Shown one piece after another: positions 57,821 to 64,000 of a stretch of 64,000 bases of DNA; position 1 is the first letter of the stretch, and each line of letters starts with the position of its first letter. The stretch comes from Eledone cirrhosa (taxonomy: Eukaryota). The notes under the pieces were generated by a model. The model ran no database searches, was not told where the DNA came from, and saw nothing but the letters and a program-made list of their open reading frames with translations. The translations under genes were made by a program, and so were the position numbers. Location of the stretch: the NCBI GenBank assembly GCA_964016885.1, contig OZ024761.1, positions 25,978,001 through 26,042,000 on the forward strand, in the 5' to 3' direction.

Positions 57821-58058
57821 TCACACACATATATACATACATACACATATATACATACATACACACACATATATATATATATACTTACACACATATATAC
57901 ATACATACACACATATATATATATACACACATATATATATATACACACATATATATATACACACACATGTATATATGTGCGTATATGCATATACACACGT
58001 GTACATATATATATATATATATATATAAACACGTACACATATCCATATATCCACGCAA

Positions 58059-58133
<75 letters not shown>

Positions 58134-58559
58134 TATACACATATACATATCTATATAGAGAGATAGGCCAACACATAAAAATACATAAATACATATTCAC
58201 ATATAAATTTAAACATACCTACACATAGATAGACAGGCACACACACAGATCCACACACACACACACACACACACATGCTAACACGTGCATAAACACACAC
58301 ATACAGACACATACACACACACACAGATCCACACACACACACGCTAACACGTGCATAAACACACACATACAGACACATATACATACAAACACACAATAAA
58401 TTAATATGTTTAACAAGAAACCAATTCTCATTAGTGATGAATTCACAAGAGATTAGAAACGGGAAGAAAGATTTTTTTAAAGAAATCCGCCATCTTATCA
58501 GTTGGCTTTCCAACCTCCTACATGAAGTGACTGCCTCATCCCGCTACTTCCGTCTCTTT

Positions 58560-58652
58560 ATCATCATCATCGTCATCATCATCACCATCGTTATCATCAC
58601 TATCATCATCATCATCGTCATCATCATCATCGTTATGATCATCATCATGGTT

Positions 58653-58683
<31 letters not shown>

Positions 58684-59841
58684 CCATCATCATCATCGTT
58701 ATCACCATCGTTATGTTCATCATCATCATCATCATTGTTATGATCATCATCATCGTTATCATCATCATCATCATCATCATCGTTATCATCATCGTTATCA
58801 TCATCATCGTTATCATCACCATCATCGTTATCATCACCATCATCATCATCATCGTTATCAGATTTATGATAATAATAATTATCCTCATCATCATCATCAT
58901 CCCCGCCGCCATGGCACCCATTAATATCTTCATCATCATCATCACCAACACCAGCAGCAACGTCATCACCACCATCACCATCTTCATCACCGTCACCATC
59001 ACCATCACCATCATCATCATCCCCAACACCGCCATCACCATCAACACCAGCAGCAACATCATCACCATCACTACTACCATCACCATTAACACCCCTCCAA
59101 CCCCCACCCACCCACCACCATCACCATCACCATCACCATCACCCACCATCATCACCATCACCATCTTCATCACCATCACCATCACCCACCATCATCACCA
59201 TCACCATCTTCATCACCATCACCATCACCCACCATCATCACCATCACCATCTTCATCACCATCACCATCACCATCACCATCTTCATCACCATCACCATCA
59301 CCATCACCCACCATCATCACCATCACCATCTTCATCACCATCACCATCACCCACCATCATCACCATCACCATCACCATCACCATCACCATCACCATCACC
59401 ATCACCATCACCATCACCCACCATCATCACCATCACCATCACCATCTTCATCACCATCATCACCAACATCATCACCATTATCATCACCATCACCACCATC
59501 TCTATCACCATCATCACCATCACCACCACCATCAACATGATCGCTCATCATCATCATCATCACCATGATTCTTATCACGAACAATAGCATAATAATTATC
59601 ACCATTATCTCATCGATCATCATCGATCATAACCATCATCATCATCACAATTAAAACACATCGCCACTAGCACTGTTATAAATGTACTTATTATAACCTC
59701 TATCATCATGATCATCATCATCATCAACATCAATATGATTGTTATCATCAAAAGCATCATCATCAACAACATCATCGCCATCGTTATCTACATCATCATC
59801 AACATCCCCACCACCACCACCAGCATCACCACCATTGTCAT

Positions 59842-59845
<4 letters not shown>
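58560..59845. repeat. (CAT)n/(CACCAT)n low-complexity tract
   Basis: Direct reading. Confidence 0.92.
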
Positions 59846-59890
<45 letters not shown>

Positions 59891-60035
59891 TATATATACA
59901 CACCCACACACATATATATATATATATATACACACATATATATACACATACATACGTTACACCCACACATATATATACACACACATACACACACGCACAC
60001 AGACATATATATATACACATACATACATAATTTAC

Positions 60036-60068
<33 letters not shown>

Positions 60069-60097
60069 TGTACCTGGGTTTTTTACGACACCCTTTG

Positions 60098-60135
<38 letters not shown>

Positions 60136-60137
<2 letters not shown>

Positions 60138-60328
60138 CGAAGGAAATGTGGTAATGAACCAGGTGGACCATAACGCACCAAAGTACTCAATACTCAGAGT
60201 AGTAGAGTGGGTTATAGGAACGAGTAGGACCCCGTCGGCTGAGCTCAAGCCGTTTCGACGGCTAATTTAATCCAGAATTAGCCGTCGAAACGGCTTGAGC
60301 TCAGCCGCCAGGGTCCTACTCGTTCCTA
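60136..60328 (+). mobile_element. Family B fold-back element
   Basis: Long arm plus inverted partial copy, (TA)n on both sides. Confidence 0.8.
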
Positions 60329-60344
60329 TATATATATATATATG

Positions 60345-60657
60345 GAACTATTGTTATCTTGCCTGACGGTTTGAACTTTACAACACCACCTGCCTCTTTG
60401 AGGTCAAATACCAACCCTACTACCATCTACAAACTGACCAATGAGAATCAAAACTATTCTTGCAGACAACATCATAATATTCCTAACAAGCTCATATGTC
60501 CCAAGGCTCTGATAGCATCAACACTATACACACAGAGCTGGCATATCTAAGAACTGACTAACTGCCTGATGAGGTCATATCCATTCAATGGCTATCATCG
60601 AAATATATATAGCAGTAAATAAAGGATTATGAGTTCATGCAATTGACTTATGTTTCG

Positions 60658-60662
<5 letters not shown>
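60345..60662 (+). mobile_element. Penelope-like element 3' end / pLTR fragment
   Basis: Starts with LPDGLN, similar to the P.GLN end of PLE GIY-YIG domains. About 200 bp later comes an intact hammerhead core, then a short tail into (TA)n. Confidence 0.65.
60561..60616 (+). ncRNA. Type-I hammerhead ribozyme
   Basis: actgc CTGATGA ggtcatatcca ttcaa tggctatcatc GAAA tatata TA gcagt. Stem I is a perfect 5 bp, stem II is long and closed by G-C, and stem III is palindromic. Confidence 0.82.
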
Positions 60663-60734
<72 letters not shown>

Positions 60735-60739
<5 letters not shown>

Positions 60740-60920
60740 AAGGGTGTAGTAAAAACCTAGGTACACCATAACCCACCAAAGTACTCGAGTGGGTAATATG
60801 AAAAGATTCAGGACCCCGACGGCTGAGCTCCGGCCATTTCCACAGCTAGATCCAAACTGTTCGTATCTAGTTGTCGAAACAGCCGGAGCTCAACCGTCGG
60901 GCTACTGAATCTTTTCATTT
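60735..60920 (+). mobile_element. Family B subfamily 2 fold-back element
   Basis: atgaaaagattcagg.ccccgacggctgagctccggc...gccggagctcaaccgtcggg..ctgaatcttttcat inverted repeat. An inverted copy of its outer end lies at 60065-60099. Confidence 0.75.
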
Positions 60921-60934
60921 GTATGTATATATAT

Positions 60935-60967
<33 letters not shown>

Positions 60968-61011
60968 ATACATAGTATGATAATGTGCATGTAAGTGTAT
61001 ATATACATGTT

Positions 61012-61057
<46 letters not shown>

Positions 61058-61060
<3 letters not shown>

Positions 61061-61244
61061 CGAAGGAGATGTGGCAAGGAACCAGATGGACAAGACGCAC
61101 CAGAGTACTCAATACTTCGGGTAGTAGAGTGGGTAATAGGATAAAGTATGATCCCGACGGCAGAGCTCAAGCCGTTTCGACGGCTATTTCTGGACTAGAA
61201 ATAGCCGTCGAAACGACTTGAGCTCTGCCGTCTGGGTCATACTT

Positions 61245-61250
<6 letters not shown>
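61058..61250 (+). mobile_element. Family B fold-back element
   Basis: The inverted repeat is centred on gacggctatttct ggact agaaatagccgtc. Confidence 0.8.
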
Positions 61251-61295
<45 letters not shown>

Positions 61296-61407
61296 TGTGT
61301 CAGTACCCGTGTACGCTGTGTGTATGTAGGAGTGTATGTGTACGTATATTCCTACAATATACGTACCATGTAATGTATATGGGTAGGTGTGACATTCAGT
61401 ACTTCAT

Positions 61408-61441
<34 letters not shown>

Positions 61442-62276
61442 CGTGTGTGTGTGTGTATGTGTGTGTGTGTGTATGTGTGTGTCTACAAGTTAGTGTATGC
61501 GTAGTTATGTACCAATATATATGTGCACGCCTTGTATATGTATGTACGCGATTTGTGTGTGTATCTGGGTATGAGTGTGTTTACGTATGCACCTATATAT
61601 GTATATGTGCATGTCTTGTATATGTGTATGTGTGATATTCTGTACCTATGTGTGAATGAATATCTGCGAGTTAGTATGTGTTCGTATGGACGTCTCTCTC
61701 TCTATATATATATACACATATAATGTGTGTGTATGTGTGTGTATGTATGTGTGCGTGTATGTGTGTATGTATGTGTGTGTTTGTGTGTGTGTGTGTGTTA
61801 GTGTGCTAGTGTGTGTGTGTAAATATGCACATATCTTGTATATGTGTACGTGTGATTGCCTCTCTGGGAGTTAGTGTATGCGTAAGTATGATATTGCTAG
61901 TGTTTACATATATAAATGTTCGTGAGTACAAGATATATATTTAGGTAGCTATAACAGACACCGATGACTTGAGTGAAGAGAAATATGAGTCTATTGCAAA
62001 GTTCGATTCGATTTGATAGATGTATGAGTCTCTAACCTTTGACACGGAAGAATATTTCGAAATAGCTGTCAGTTAAGAGATATTATCAAACGATATATTT
62101 CTTTTTATCTACTTTAAATATCTATTTGAAGCATTTCTCAATAGTTTAGTATTGCAGGCGCCCTTCTTTGGCCCGTTACCACACTTCTTGGGGAAAAAAC
62201 ACTTTACTGATACAAGTTCCTTTGTATTTCTACAAGGATAAATGATTCCATGCTTTGTTAATTTCTTTGTGATTTC

Positions 62277-63358
62277 AAATTCGGACACCAAATCTAGACA
62301 CATATTGGGTCGAAGGTAATCTGGCTTTTATTAACTTTGAAATTCAAACTCCAAACGAGACACAATGGATCGAAGGTAATCCAGCATATAATTACTTTCA
62401 AAGTTAGACTGCATATTAGTCATATAAATTGCCGAAGCTAATCAGGCATCCAATGATTTTGATTTTGAAATTCAAACTCCAACTAGACATACAATAGGTC
62501 GAAGCTAATTCGCTATATTTTGTCTTACAAATTCAGACACAAAACTAGATACATATTGGGCCAAAGTTAATCCGTCATTTAATGGCTAAAAATTTCAGAC
62601 ACCAAAGTAGTTACATTCTGGGCCGAACTTAATCTAGCATTTAATTACTTTGATTTTGAAATTAAAACTCCAAACTAGACACACAATGGGCAGAACTTAA
62701 TCCGGCATTTAATAATTTTCAAATTCAGACACCAAACTAGACATATATTGGCCTGAAGCTAATCTGTTATATTTTGTCTTCCAAATTCAGACACCAAACT
62801 AGATACATATTGGGCCAAAGCTAATCCAGCATATAATTGTTTTCAAAGTTAGACTGCATACTAGACATATATCAGGCCGAACTAAACCTGCATTTATTGA
62901 CTTTGACTTTCAAATTCAAACTCCAAACTAGACGCATATTGGGCTGAAGCTAATCCGGGATATTGTGTCTTCCAAATTCAGACACCAAACTAGATACACA
63001 ATGGGCCGAACGTAATCCGGCATTTAATGGCTTCGAAATTCAGACACCAAACTATATACATATTGGGCCAAAGTTAACCCTGCATATAATTACTTTCAAG
63101 GTTAGACTGAATACTAGTCATACATCAGGCCGAAGCTAATCCGGCATTTAATTACTTTGATTTTGAAATTCAAATTCCAAGACACCAAACTTGATACACA
63201 ATGCGCCGAACGTAATCCGGCATTTAATGGCTTCCAAATTCAGACACCAAAGTAGTTACATATTGGGCCGAAACCAATCAGGATTTAATCACTTTTAAAT
63301 TCAGACTCCAGACTAAATGGACATTGAGCTGAAGTTAACCCGGCATTTAATGGCAGTC
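62277..63358. repeat. Diverged satellite of about 62 bp, about 17 units with recurring monomer subtypes
   Basis: Consensus aaattcagacaccaaactagatacatattgggccgaagctaatccggcatttaattactttc. The variant aagttagactgcata occurs at about 62400, 62845 and 63098. Confidence 0.9.
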
Positions 63359-63639
63359 AGACACTTAGATTACAGGACTACGCCATCGAAGACACGTCAG
63401 TTCATCACAGAGTTACCATGTTAGATGTCTCCAGGAACCGAAAGCCTGAATCTTATGATAATATATACCTCAGCACAACACTACCCATTAAGACACGTGC
63501 CTTCACACACACACATATGTCTATATATATATATATATATATACATATATATACACACGCATATATGATATATAGAGATAGAATAGATAGATAAATAGAT
63601 AAATAGATAGATAGAAAGACACACACACCCATATATAAT

Positions 63640-63674
<35 letters not shown>

Positions 63675-64000
63675 CTTACATAGATATACATACATACGTT
63701 GGTATTAGTTCGTATGTAATTATAAGTTTATAAATTTATTAAGCGTATTGTTCTGGAACTAATTTGGACATGAATAATAACAATAATAATAATATTAATA
63801 ATAATATCATTATTATTATTATTATTATTAGAGAATTAATTAATTAGTATAGTTCATTATATATTAGGTAATTTTCGTGTAAGACTAATTACTTTATCTA
63901 CATCATCTATTTAGTTATTCTGGCTCTATACACTATGAGTATTTTTAACTTCACCGAAACAAAAATGGAGACAACTAAAGTCATAAATATATTGGGTAAT

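Noticed and set aside
58434-59540. Poly-Ile/His/Ser-Pro and poly-Asp ORFs
   Set aside because: (CAT)n/(CACCAT)n repeats, with no evidence of coding constraint.

Overview
AT-rich eukaryotic intergenic or intronic DNA. The repeat content suggests an octopod cephalopod, which is an inference from the SINE sequence and the extreme microsatellite load. No host protein-coding exon can be supported. Nearly all supplied ORFs are translations of (TA)n, (TACA)n, (CA)n, (GA)n or triplet repeats. The interpretable content is: about 19 copies of one tRNA-derived SINE (family A, several with clear target-site duplications); a second tRNA SINE; 3' fragments of several non-LTR retrotransposons (R4/Dong-like RLE, RTE, Vingi/I-like); a bipartite non-autonomous RTE-type element; a piggyBac-like MITE; and five or six minisatellite/satellite arrays, several built from retroposon pieces. 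The most notable signal is a set of minimal type-I hammerhead ribozyme motifs (CTGANGA...GAAA...TH). Most sit in long inverted repeats embedded in (TA)n tracts, the signature of Penelope-like retroelement termini. A related 8-copy fold-back family has its symmetry axis on what looks like hammerhead stem II. All calls were made by eye and coordinates are approximate to a few bases.
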